Shown here one piece after another: positions 26,670 through 40,120 of a DNA stretch of 64,000 nt. The stretch spans positions 23,560,001 to 23,624,000 of the forward strand of contig NC_045717.1 in assembly GCF_009834535.1 (NCBI RefSeq), given 5' to 3'. The stretch's first letter is position 1. The number at the start of each line of letters is the position of its first letter. The translations under genes and the position numbers were made by a program. The DNA is from Camelus ferus (taxonomy: Eukaryota). Below the pieces are notes generated by a model. The model ran no database searches. It was not told the DNA's origin and saw only the letters and a list, made by a program, of their open reading frames with translations.

Positions 26670-28125
26670 TAGGCCTGGCCCTGCTCCCTTCGTGGCTCAT
26701 CCTGGTCAGTCTTCCTTCCTCCTGGGTCTGTTCCTGCCCTGGTAGAGTGAGCGAGCACCAGACCCCACTCAAGCTGGAGTAAATAATAGAAAAGTCCAGG
26801 TGTCCCACTGACTTCAGGACTGGCTGAATCCAGGCGCTTAAACATTGGATCAAAATCTTGGCCTTTTGAGCACCAAGAGGACCTCTCAGCCGGGCTGTCA
26901 GCAGACGGCCCCATGGTTCCAGCTTATGTCCCACAGCTCAGCTCCCCCCAGCCCTGGCTGGAGTTCCGGGGCTGTGTGCCAGCCTCAGGACAGGGGACTG
27001 TGGACTAGAGTGGGAGGTGAGATGGCCTCAGCAAGGTTCTTCCCTCCTCGTCAGGCCCGAGCAGGGCCTGGCAACCCCCATGTCCAGGCTCTTAAAGCCA
27101 TCTGGCCCGTGTGTGACGCCCTTCCATGGGGCAGTCGGGGATGTTGTGTTCCGAGGCTTCTGCCACACTGGCCTCCGCAGAGGGTGGTTCTCTGAACAAC
27201 CTCGGTGAGACACAAGTGTAACAGGTACATGGTGTCTGTTCCGAGTTTGCCATGTGTCTCCATCCTACCGTGGTCAAAGATTTTTAACTATGTGAAAGTT
27301 ACTTTTCTGGCTTTTTAGAAACACTGATGGTTCTGGTCACCCGGGGCTCATTGTCTGGAGCCACCCCACCCTCCGGGCGGGGTGAAAGCACTCCAGCCTG
27401 CTGCGGCCCTGCCACTCCTTGCTGTGCTGAGTCCCCAGGGAGGTGGCCAGTCTCACGACCCACCCCAGACCCACCCCAGTCCGGGGCCGGAGAGGAGTTT
27501 GGAGAAGGGAGCTGGAGCATGGTGGGGCCGGGAGGTCAGGAGTGGGGGGTGAAGCTGACGTAGCCTTGGGTGCGGGGTCACTGGGAGGCCTACAGGCTGG
27601 AACGGTGTGGGTGTGCCGGGGAGTTGCGGGGTTGGGGGCGGTGCAGGTTCTTGGCTCGGGCCCGCAGTCTGAGCTGGGAGGGGCGGCTGGGTGGAGCTGG
27701 AGGGGATACACAGAGGGAGGCAGGCAGGCCAGGTCCCCGGCCCCTGCTTCAGGGAGTGCTAGGGATCCGCAGACCACTCACCAGGGTGAGAAAGGGCCTT
27801 GACTGAGTTTCTAAACAAGCACAGGAAGTCTGTGAGGTCGGGGGGGGTGGTGAGTCATCGGGGAAGGCAGGTGGGCGTCTGTGTGGACGTTGGTCTAGGA
27901 TCCCAAGACAAGGACTAGGACAGGGAACTGCCTGCTGTGATGTCGGGGACAGCCAAGCCCACCTCTGCCCACAGCCCTCCAGGGCTCCCACCTCCCTCGG
28001 GGTAGAAGCCCACGTCCTCCCTGCAGTCCACAAGGCCCTGACCTCCAGCCATGTGGGCCTCATCGCTGCTCCTGTGACACGCCAGGTCTGGCCCTGCCCT
28101 GCCCTGGGGCTCCTGCGTGCGCACT

Positions 28126-28180
28126 GCGCCCTCCCCCCGGAGCGCCCTCCCCCCTGGAGCGCCCTCCCCCCAGAGCGCCA
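28126..28180. repeat. 16-17 bp minisatellite, about 3.3 copies (GCGCCCTCCCCCCnGA)
   Basis: Units start at 28126, 28142, 28159 and 28175. Confidence 0.85.
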
Positions 28181-28856
28181 CAGGGCTCCCTTTCACCTCC
28201 TCTGCTCAGGGCCTCCCGTTCAGCCACTGCCGCTCCCCCAAGCAAGGCGGCACTCCCCACCCCCGCTCCTGCTCTGCCTCGTGCCAAGTACGAAGTCATC
28301 CATACCTCGTCATTTCCTCGCCTGCCTGGTTTGCGGTTGGGCTGCTCTGCTGGGCCTCGGCTCACAGTGCGGGACTCCTGTCTGGTTGGTTCCCTGCGAT
28401 TGCCCGGCAGGCCCCTGCGGCCGAGCTGGGGCAGAACAAACGGGCGCTCGGGAAACGCTCCTGAAAGAGCTTGTCCGCCGAGGCGGGCCCTGGGCCCGCG
28501 ACCCTGAGCCTATGGGCTGAGGGGTTGGGGGCTTTCCTGCTGCTCCCAGCCCCTCTCCTCTTGGGTCGGGCAGTGTGGGCTGGGTTTCATGGTCTGGATA
28601 GGAGGTGCTGGCTAGGGGGATGGGTCCGAGAGAGACTCGGCTGTGAGTCTGTCCCCTGTGCCCTGAATCAGCTGGGGAGGATATCGACACCCCCAGCCCT
28701 TGGGACCACAAAGCCATCGGGGTGACTGAGTGCTCTGCGCACCTGCACTGCTTGGAAGCGTTCATCCTCTGCTGGGGCCACGCCATGTGCATCTCCGTAT
28801 CTCCTGTGGTGGCCGAGGAGGGCATGTGGCCGGTGAAGGTCCTGAGCTCCGGGTAA

Positions 28857-29135
<279 letters not shown>

Positions 29136-29196
29136 TGAAATCAAGGTCCCTGAGGTTTCGGTGGTCCCTGAGCCACGTGGGTGGGGCTGCAGCTGA

Positions 29197-29736
<540 letters not shown>

Positions 29737-29879
29737 TAAGAAAGATCTGAGTACCCTCCAGGTGCCAGGCAGTTAACCAGAGCTAGGGGACAACCCGCAG
29801 TGACCCTGCCCTGGGGCGCCCATGCCAGGAGGGGACAGATGGGGGGAGGTGGTGGTGGTACTAGGGGAACAGGCCTGTT

Positions 29880-30560
29880 GTGAACTGTGTAGGTCATACC
29901 TCTGACACCGGGTGGGGGTTCCCCACACCAGCCAGCTCTCAGGCCAGTGTCCTGTTATTCAGTTCAGTTCTGAACGCTGACTACCCGGAAACAGCATCAG
30001 ACCCACAGGTTCGGGCTCAGGCCACAGGGCTGCCCCGCTTTACATGCCAGCAGCAAGTCCCCAGCTGCTCTTACTTTAGACCACCCAGAATCATGGGTTC
30101 TCACAACCCCCTCCTCAGTTTGATAATTTGCCAGAACAGCCCACAGAACTCTGGGAAGCGGTTTACTTAACTGTTACGTTTATTATAAAAGATACAACTC
30201 GAGAACAGCTGAAAAAGAGGTGCAGGAGGCAAGGTGTGGGGAAGGCCCCGCTGCACGGGCTGATGGATGAAATCATCAATTGGTTATTGGTGGTGAGCCC
30301 AGTCTCCAGCCCCTCCCCCTCCCTGGGGGTGAGGGCACAGCTGAAGGTTCCGTCCGGCTCTCCCGCCCCCTGGTCGGTTCCTTTGACCACCAGGCCCCAT
30401 CCAGCTGTGCTGATGCGTCCCCTTGTTGTTCCTGAAGTCCTTGGGTATTCCTGCAAGGGGCTTGTGAATAAGAAAAGATGCTCTCCTCGCCCCATTGCTT
30501 AGGAAATCCCAGGGGTCTTAGGGGCTAGAGACCCATTTCCTATCTCTCCTTACATCCCCA
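29880..30560. mobile_element. MER21-like ERVL LTR in LONP1 intron 13
   Basis: ttcagttcagttctga...cagcatcagacccacagg...gtttgataatttgccagaacagcccacagaactc...gaaatcccaggggtcttagggg. Confidence 0.6.
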
Positions 30561-31916
30561 CGTCAGGGGCCATAGCACAAAAGCAGGACAGCCCTCCAGT
30601 GAGCTCGGTGTTGAAGGTGACAGCCCCGCCTTGGCTTTCAGGGCCCAGCACTGTCTCGGGATTGTGAGTTCACCTCCCATAGGAGAGTCCCCCTCAGTGC
30701 CCTGCTGCCTCGAGGTCGCACACCGCACCTGCCTCACACGTGGCACGCCGGGCCCTCCGCGGCACAAGGCCGGTGTCTCTGCTGGTTCACCTGGGGCTGT
30801 GGGTGCGGGAGTGAGGCCGCTGTCCATCTCCACCAGCCGTGGTCCTGGGAGGTGCGACTGCCTAACTGGGCGTTCCTGCGCTGAGGCTCTTACTTGAAAG
30901 CAGGCATTTCTCTGGGAGACACCCAGGGAGGGTCCTTCCCCTGGTGCCCGGTGTGTGGTGCTCTACTAGCCTGGAATCACTCATGGCAGAGCCAGACTTC
31001 TTTCCTGAGGGCTTGTGTCCCCAGCACAGCATTTTCTTTCTGGAAAGGGCTTGGGAGCATCTCATCCCCTGGAGCCCTTCACAGCCCTGTGACAGGCGCG
31101 GGCTCCCAGCCTGTGCATCCCGTTGGGGCAGGAGGTGAGGAAGAGGAGCTCTGGGCTGTGATGGTTGCAGGGGTGCTGGGGACTCCCCACCATGTCCTCT
31201 GTCACCAGCCTGGACACTGAACCGGCCGGAGGAGGGGCAGGCTTGGGGGCCTGGGTGCAGGGCTTCCTCCAACCCCTGAAGGGACAACAAGAGGAACACG
31301 AGGATGGTGGGACACATCTGTCCCACAGTCAGTGCTCAGAACTCTGTTCAGTGACTGTGGTGTGGTAGGAGTGGTGCTGGGCTGTGAGTGACTTTGGAGC
31401 CTCTGACCTGCTCCTCATCCCTGTCTGCTCTGGGCAGCAGTCACGTCGCCAGTCAGCTACGACACGCGCCCTCTGTCTGCATGAGATTGAGGAGGCCTTC
31501 CTGGAGGAAGAGGCATCTAAGGTTCCACCTGGAGTGGGGGCAGGAGGCAGATCTGGGCAGAGGGTATAGCCAGCAGGAGCAGAGGCCTGGAGTCTCAGGA
31601 GCACATGGAGGCGACAGGCTGGGCATCTGCAGGTCCCAGGCCCTCCATTCAGGGCCTGGCGCCCATGGGGCTCCTCCCTGGAGTCACTGCCACCCTCCCT
31701 CATGGCCTCCTGGCTCCACACCCTTCAGATCTTAGGTGTGGCCTCCTGGAGCAGGGGGCCTTCCCCTGACACCCCAGCTACACTGGACAACCCCAGGCTC
31801 CCCTGGGGACAGGGGCTCTGTGGGGCAGGCCTGGGGTCTACCTCGGTGATCTTAGGAAGGCTGGGCGGGGGCCACAGGAGAGGCGCCGGTTCTTGACCAA
31901 GGCCCTGGGGTCCTGA

Positions 31917-32285
<369 letters not shown>

Positions 32286-32294
32286 AGGAGGTGA

Positions 32295-32606
<312 letters not shown>

Positions 32607-33260
32607 TGATGATTGAGGGCGGGTGGGGCCATGAGGAGGCGGCAGTAGCTCCTCTGGAGCTTTGGGCAACACTGACAGGTGTGCCTGAAGGGGAGTCCTT
32701 ACAGCATGGGAACTTGTCGCCCGAGGGGCTACCACCCAGCATGGGAGGACAGCCAGGGAGCTGCCAGGGTGGGAGATCAGAGAGGCGCTTCCTGCCCAGG
32801 TGACTGACTCAGCCCACCTCCACCAGGAGGCTGGGTCAGGGAGCTCCGGAGGGCCAGGGGTCTTTGGTAGCCAGGGACTCTCTCGGCTGGCAGGCGGGAT
32901 TCTGTGGGTGCGCACAGGGCCCGGCTCTGAGTGGCACACCGCCTGCCTGGTCGGGCTGTACTGAAACTGCGCGCGGGGGAATGAGTTTGGTGTTGGCAGG
33001 CTCTGTGCTGTCAGGTACACAGGGAAGGCCAACCCACTGAGGTCCTTTTCACGTAACCCAGTCCCTGCAGCTGGAACCTCTGAAGGGGCTGTGTGGGCTG
33101 GGAGGTGTGAGGGCCGAGGAGGCGCGAGGCTGGACCAGCTGGGGAAGGAACAGTGACAAGTGTCCCCAAGCGCTGCCCAGCCATGAGGAGGGTGGCGGGA
33201 GCAGCTGTCCCGGAGTCAGGGGCGCCCCAGGGCTCAGTGGCACTACCCTCACTTCCCCAG

Positions 33261-33951
<691 letters not shown>

Positions 33952-34269
33952 TGAGAACTGTGGCTGCAGGAAGGAGGGCCCATAGTATCGCTGTGCACTT
34001 AACGAGGTTGGACTGCGGGGGATGTGGGAGGCAGGGCTGCCCTGCAGTCCCCCACTCCTCATGGTGACCTCCCCCCCAGGTTCTGTCCCTTACACACACC
34101 TCCTGCCTGCTGACCTCAAGTACCTGCAGGGGCTCAGCTTGGGGGGAACCTGTGACTGGGACAACCTTAGGCCCTTTGGGCCTCCATGCTTGCAAAGTTG
34201 AGAGGTTGAGGGAGTCACTGTGTGCTGTGTCCCTAGGCCAGTGACACACAGGAACCCCTGTCCAAGTGA

Positions 34270-34683
<414 letters not shown>

Positions 34684-34835
34684 TGGCGGCCCTGGACACT
34701 GCTGGCACCGCTGGACCCAGCCTGGGCTGAATCTACTGGGGGCCGAGGCTCCAGGCAGCTGAGCCACAGGAAGCTCAGGAGAAGCCTGGAGTCCAAGACC
34801 TCAATTATGGCTTAATCACCCACTATTTAATTATG

Positions 34836-34841
34836 ATTAAA
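34836..34841 (+). terminator. LONP1: LONP1 polyadenylation signal (ATTAAA)
   Basis: ATTAAA about 150 nt after the stop; no AATAAA on + before the RPL36 3' end. Confidence 0.7.
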
Positions 34842-34979
34842 AACCATTTCCAGTACTGCAGACTGGCTTCCTTCTGTGCCCACCACCATGCCCCTCACCA
34901 AGGTGCCCCTCAAGTTTCAAGTAGTTGGGGCCCCCCTCTTCACCATACCAGCACAGAAAACCCAAATTTCAGAAAAGGT

Positions 34980-34985
34980 TTTATT
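34980..34985 (-). terminator. RPL36: RPL36 polyadenylation signal (AATAAA)
   Basis: TTTATT on +, 23 nt past the stop. Confidence 0.85.
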
Positions 34986-35008
34986 ACACACAGACGTGAG
35001 GGAGGGGC

Positions 35009-35098
35009 TCAGTCCTTCTTAGCGGCCGCTTTCCTCATGGCGGCCAGGACGTTGCTCAGCTCCTCTCTCTTCCTCTTGGCGCGGATGTGTGTCCCCAC
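35009..35098 (-). CDS. RPL36: RPL36 last coding exon
   Basis: [29 protein letters not shown]; total 105 aa. Confidence 0.98.
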   Translation of the reverse strand: MGTHIRAKRKREELSNVLAAMRKAAAKKD

Positions 35099-35170
35099 CT
35101 GCCGGCAAGGAGGGCCGTGAGCCTGAGCCCCAAGTCCCGCCCCCGCCCCCGCCCCAGGGCTTCCATCTAC

Positions 35171-35305
35171 CCGTTTCTTGATGAATTTGAGGGCCCGCTT
35201 GTCCTTGGAGACCTTGAGCAGCTCCATGGCCCGCCGCTCATAAGGGGCGAAGCCACACACCTCCCGGATCATGTCCCGCACGAACTTGGTGTGCTTGGTG
35301 AGGCG
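35171..35305 (-). CDS. RPL36: RPL36 second coding exon
   Basis: 135 nt, [45 protein letters not shown]. Confidence 0.98.
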
Positions 35306-35749
35306 CTGTGGGGACCGGGGGGGGGGGGGCGCGTCAGGGCAATGGCTCCGCGAGGGGGAGGCCAGCCCACTCTGGGTCTCCGGAGTAACAGTGCAAACCC
35401 AAATCCTCCCCGGTCCCCAATCTCAGCCCGGCCTCCCTGGCCCCAGAACTTTCTCCTACTGCACACAGGCTGGGTGGGCACCATGGAGTCGGGGCCGCCT
35501 AATGGAGCCTATAAACCTCGACAAGCCCGAAATTCCTCAACCTGGCACTCCAGCAGTCCGCTTTTCCTCCACATTCCAGTCTAGATCCAGGCACCTTTAT
35601 ACTCGGCAACATCCTGCCCAAGCGTCAAAACCGCTCCCAATTCGCTTCTGCCCCTGCTTCCGAATCCACGGCGGGGGAGGGTCTCGGTGCGTGGCCCTGG
35701 TGGGCGGTCGCCGCACAAGCGAGAAACCACATCTGCATTCTCTGCTCTA

Positions 35750-36067
<318 letters not shown>

Positions 36068-36166
36068 CTACCCCGCGCTCGCTTGCTGCACCCAGCCATA
36101 CCCACGAGCTGCACTGGGGCCCCAAGCGTCCAGATGGCAACAGATGCTACGCGGAGCTTCACTAAC

Positions 36167-36200
36167 CTGCTTCTCCCCAATGGCTGCCGCGGCGGAAGGG
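36167..36200 (-). promoter_or_regulatory. RPL36: RPL36 non-coding exon 1 with 5'TOP/TCT start
   Basis: Minus strand reads CCCTTCCGCCGCGGCAGCCATTGGGGAGAAGCAG|GTTAGT; a pyrimidine start typical of ribosomal protein genes, inside a CpG island. Confidence 0.8.
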
Positions 36201-36636
36201 CCTACAGCGCACGGAACTCTGGGATATCTACCCATCCATGGGAGGCGCGGGCTAGAGAGGCAGGAACGGCGCGCGCTCCGCCTGGCGGCTGGAGGCGTCC
36301 CTGCGGGCTCCCCGAGCATGCGCGCTTACCTCAGCGGGCTCAGGAGTTGGATTGGGTAGGCGTGGCTGTGGCTGCGGTACCTCCCACTGCAGGTGGGTTG
36401 AGTTGGTGGAATCCTACCTCCGCGGCCAGTCAGCTGTTCCTGCGCCAGGGACTTCACCTCCCATTACCTGAATTTTTCCATTTATAGGATGATGACAGTA
36501 ATAGTACCTATTCCAAGCTATATGAACAAGATATAATGATACCTGGCACAAAATAATACTTCCATAAACGGATGTATCGGTTTTACTATACAGGGAGCCA
36601 AGTTCGGGGCTAGAGCTAAGGAAAGCTTTGTGGTAG

Positions 36637-36652
36637 AGCGCCCCCTGCTGGC
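36637..36652 (-). promoter_or_regulatory. CTCF consensus site
   Basis: Minus strand GCCAGCAGGGGGCGCT matches the CTCF core, isolated in AT-rich DNA. Confidence 0.7.
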
Positions 36653-37383
36653 ATTTGATATAACTTGATGTAATTTTAGGCGCCGGGATGGGAGGCGTAG
36701 TGGAAACAACAAAAAAAATTGTTTTCTGGTTTTTATCTTTCGATTCTATTTATCTCCAAGAGACAGAATCAATTTTAGGCTGGTCTCTTTGGAGTTAGGC
36801 CTTCTAACACCTGCTGATCTTGGAGCCTTGAACAGCCAACAGTAGCTAGCATTTTATAACATTGTATTAATTCTAGTTTATATCTTTACAGTTGCTTTTT
36901 CTTTACCATTTTAGGGAAAGTGTCCATTTTTAACTCATTAATATAAGTATCAGTGATGTGCAGATGCAGCCTACGTGTTGTCTTAAAGACGAAGTCTGGT
37001 ATTCGGAATCCCAGCTTCTGTCATTGACTTCCCCTCTAAGTTTTCTTATCCATAAAATTGGAACAATGGTAGCACAAACTTCCAGTTGTGAAGATGCCAA
37101 GAGGTCATGAATGCCAAGTGCTTAGTGCCTGATGCAAGTTATCATTATTGGTGCATAAACCACATACTTTGTGCTGCCAATAAAGCCTTTAGCCCACAGT
37201 TACCCTTCCTTCTATCTGACTTCTTGGGTGAGGTCCAGCTGTCTCTCAGCCTCTGTTTCTCCACCTGTGAAATGAAGTTGAGAGTTCTGGAGCCGGTACA
37301 CACATTCGTCTTAACTCGTCTGCCACCAGCAAGTTGGAAGGACCAAGGAATTTGAACAATAGATGTGCAAAGGAAGAAAGATT

Positions 37384-37389
37384 TTTATT
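37384..37389 (-). terminator. HSD11B1L: Candidate HSD11B1L polyadenylation signal (AATAAA)
   Basis: First AATAAA I found on the minus strand after the stop (about 525 nt). Confidence 0.5.
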
Positions 37390-37913
37390 ATCAAACAGAG
37401 GCTGGATCTAGCCCAGAACACGTTCTTTTCCTCCTCCTCATTCTCAGACCCCACCGTCAAATCGACAGCTTGAAGGGCTCCCTCGCTCCGGCAAGGGTTG
37501 GAGGATGCTCCGAGGCTGAGCAAAACAAACAAATCAGGGATGTGGTGGTTTCAGGTTGGAGACAAAGAGGGTTCCCAGGGTGGCTCAGTGGTGTTGTGAC
37601 CTGTTTGATGTGGCCAGGAACCTGGGACACTGCCTCTCTGAGTTTCAGTTTTTTCATCTGCAAAATGGAAGCAGCAATCATATCTTTAGTGACAGTTGAG
37701 AAGGCTGGGGTGTTGTCTTCCAAGTTCCTGGTAAGATGCCTGGCAAGCTGTCGACAGTTGCACACGGAGTTCTGATTGTTTTCAGGTGCTGGTAGTTTGT
37801 CTCGGTTTTACTTTTCTGTCTTGATGACTTTCTCCTGGACCTCCGCCACTCTCTCAGAGGTGTCTTGGTGTGAGTCCTAGCTCCAGGATAGTTAGCTGGA
37901 AAGTCTTCGGAGC

Positions 37914-38109
37914 TCAGGCAGCAGCGGGGACCGTGATGTTGAGATCCTGGCGGATGAACCAGGCCCTCGGGTAGGGCAGCCAGCCGCGAAGCAGGCAGAG
38001 CAGGTGGAAGCGCCATGGGTAGAAGACGCCAGAGGCACGTGTGGCGCCGCCTCGGATCACAGCCAGAGCTGCCTTGGGCCCTGGAGCCGCCTTGGCCTTC
38101 GTGACGCCC
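37914..38109 (-). CDS. HSD11B1L: HSD11B1L last exon (gene exon 8)
   Basis: GVTKAKAAPGPKAALAVIRGG...RQDLNITVPAAA*. Confidence 0.94.
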
Positions 38110-38204
38110 CTGGGGATGGGAGTGCGCGGTGGGGACTGTGGCTGGGGCTGAGCGGCCCCCACCCCCAACCCCCGCCTGGTCCACGCTCGCGCCCTGGGCC
38201 TCAC

Positions 38205-38370
38205 CTGACACCCTCCGCGGCTGAGGCGCGATCCCGGAGGCCCAGGACGCACATGGTGATAGCCACATTCACGTCCTGCACGTCCAGCTCCCGCCGGAGA
38301 GAGCCAAAGAAGCTGTCCAGAGCGAACTTGGCCGCCGAGTAGGGGCTGGAGAAGGAGGTGGGCACGCGGC
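38205..38370 (-). CDS. HSD11B1L: HSD11B1L coding exon 6 (gene exon 7; catalytic YxxxK)
   Basis: RVPTSFSSPYSAAKFALDSFFGSLRREL...ASAAEGV; YSAAK intact. Confidence 0.96.
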
Positions 38371-38503
38371 CTGGGGGCGCCGGAGGGCAGCGGCTGAGCA
38401 GTCACACACTGCTCCCCCTCCTCCAGGAAATCTTCCTGGCACCTCCAGGCTAAGCCACATGGAGCCCTGTGGCTTCCCCGCTCTCCGCCCCGCGTGCACG
38501 CAC

Positions 38504-38597
38504 CTAGCAACGAGGACACCACCACCAGGGAGCCCTTGCTGTCGGTCAGACTGGGCAGCGCCAACGAAGTTAGTTGCACGTAACTCAGGAAGTTCAC
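38504..38597 (-). CDS. HSD11B1L: HSD11B1L coding exon 5 (gene exon 6)
   Basis: VNFLSYVQLTSLALPSLTDSKGSLVVVSSLL; AG/GT. Confidence 0.95.
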
Positions 38598-38908
38598 CTG
38601 AAGTCGTCGACTGCGTCACCGGGCGGAGGAGGAACCCAACCCCAACAGGGCAGGGGCGGAGCCTAGAGCACGGGGGTGGGGCTTGGTAGGTAGGGGCGGG
38701 GTTCGAGAAATGTGAAGAAGTTCCGAATGGAAGAGGGAGAGCAGGCCCGGGGGCGGAGCCAAGGTCGAGAGGGCGGAGCCTAGAACCAGGAAAGGCGGGG
38801 TCTGGAGCTGGGAGTGGCAGGGCCCCAGGAGATGGGGAGAGTCTGGGGCGGGAGGTCGGAGCCAGAACCAAGAGGAGGCGGAGCTGGGGCCGCGGAGGGT
38901 CGGAGCAC

Positions 38909-39000
38909 CTGCATAAGCCAGCGTGTCGCCTGGGCTCTGCGGGCCCGCGTGCCTGCCGGGGCGGCGCCGAGGTGGTTCAGCACCAGGTAGTCCAGCCCTC
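38909..39000 (-). CDS. HSD11B1L: HSD11B1L coding exon 4 (gene exon 5)
   Basis: 92 nt, GLDYLVLNHLGAAPAGTRARRAQATRWLMQ; TAG acceptor, GTGCTC donor. Confidence 0.95.
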
Positions 39001-39364
39001 CTAGCCCAGAGAGGCCCGTCAGCCCGGAGTCAGTCCTTGAGGCTCCGCCCCCCATGCCTGATAAGACACCGCCCCTAATCCTGCCCCCTGAACTAGCAAA
39101 GCTGACAGAGCACTGACCCAATGAGCTCCGCCCCAGATAGTGCCCCCAACTAAGATCAAAGAAACCCCTCTCTACTCCCTTCTTCCCAGATCCAATGAGG
39201 CTCGGTCCACAGTTGCTGGATGCAATGAGGCTCCACCCCAGGCCACGCCCCTTGTCCATAAATCTCCGCCCTCAGCCTCCCGTTACTACCACACTCCCAC
39301 CCTAATTTGGATCCTGCCCCTAAGGCCAAGGCCAAGGTCCCAGACTCCAGGCCCCGCCCCTCAC

Positions 39365-39476
39365 CCAGCTTGTCCAGCGCAAACCGCACCACGCGCTCGG
39401 GCACCTCAGGGAAGGCCATGTCCGCAGCGATGTAGAAGACCTTGGGAGCGCCCAGCTTCCGGCAGTTCCCTACCAC
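39365..39476 (-). CDS. HSD11B1L: HSD11B1L coding exon 3
   Basis: VVGNCRKLGAPKVFYIAADMAFPEVPERVVRFALDKL; AG/GT. Confidence 0.96.
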
Positions 39477-40120
39477 CTGAGGGGGCCAGAGCTGCCCGTG
39501 GGCCCCTCCACCCCAGCTAGCCCCCCTCCACCGGCCTGCCCCGTTAGGGTCCCAGCCTGAAGCCCCCTCCCCTAGTATGAGCCTCAGATTCCATTCAACA
39601 TCATTCCCAAAGCTTAACCCCTGGGGTAGCAAACTGGTAGACCACAGGCCAGGACAGAGGACATTCTATTTGCTCGACCATCAACATTTAAAACTCAGGA
39701 GATTTCAAATGCATCTTGAGATTTCTGACCTCTCTTAAAATTTTGGAAGGTTTATTCCCCAAAACTACATCTCCTTGAAGCAGCACTAGGCTGTTGCTAA
39801 GAAGAGTCTACCCACCCTGCTTTTGAACTGGAGAACCCTAGCTATCACTACAGCCTTTGGTCACTCACTATCAATACTTCCACTCATTGAGGAACACTCC
39901 TGGCTTTCCAGCTGTCTCACTGCATCAACCCAACGCCACAAACTAGGAGAAGGTACTTTTATGGTCTCTGTTTTGCGAGTGAGGAAACTAGGACTCAGAG
40001 AGATTAAGCGACTTGCCCAGGGCCACACAGGAAGCCTGGAGGCTTGCAGGGATTCAAACCCAGACCCTGTCTTTCCCCCATCCCTGCCGCCACCATTAAA
40101 CTGGAAATGGGGTGTCTCAC

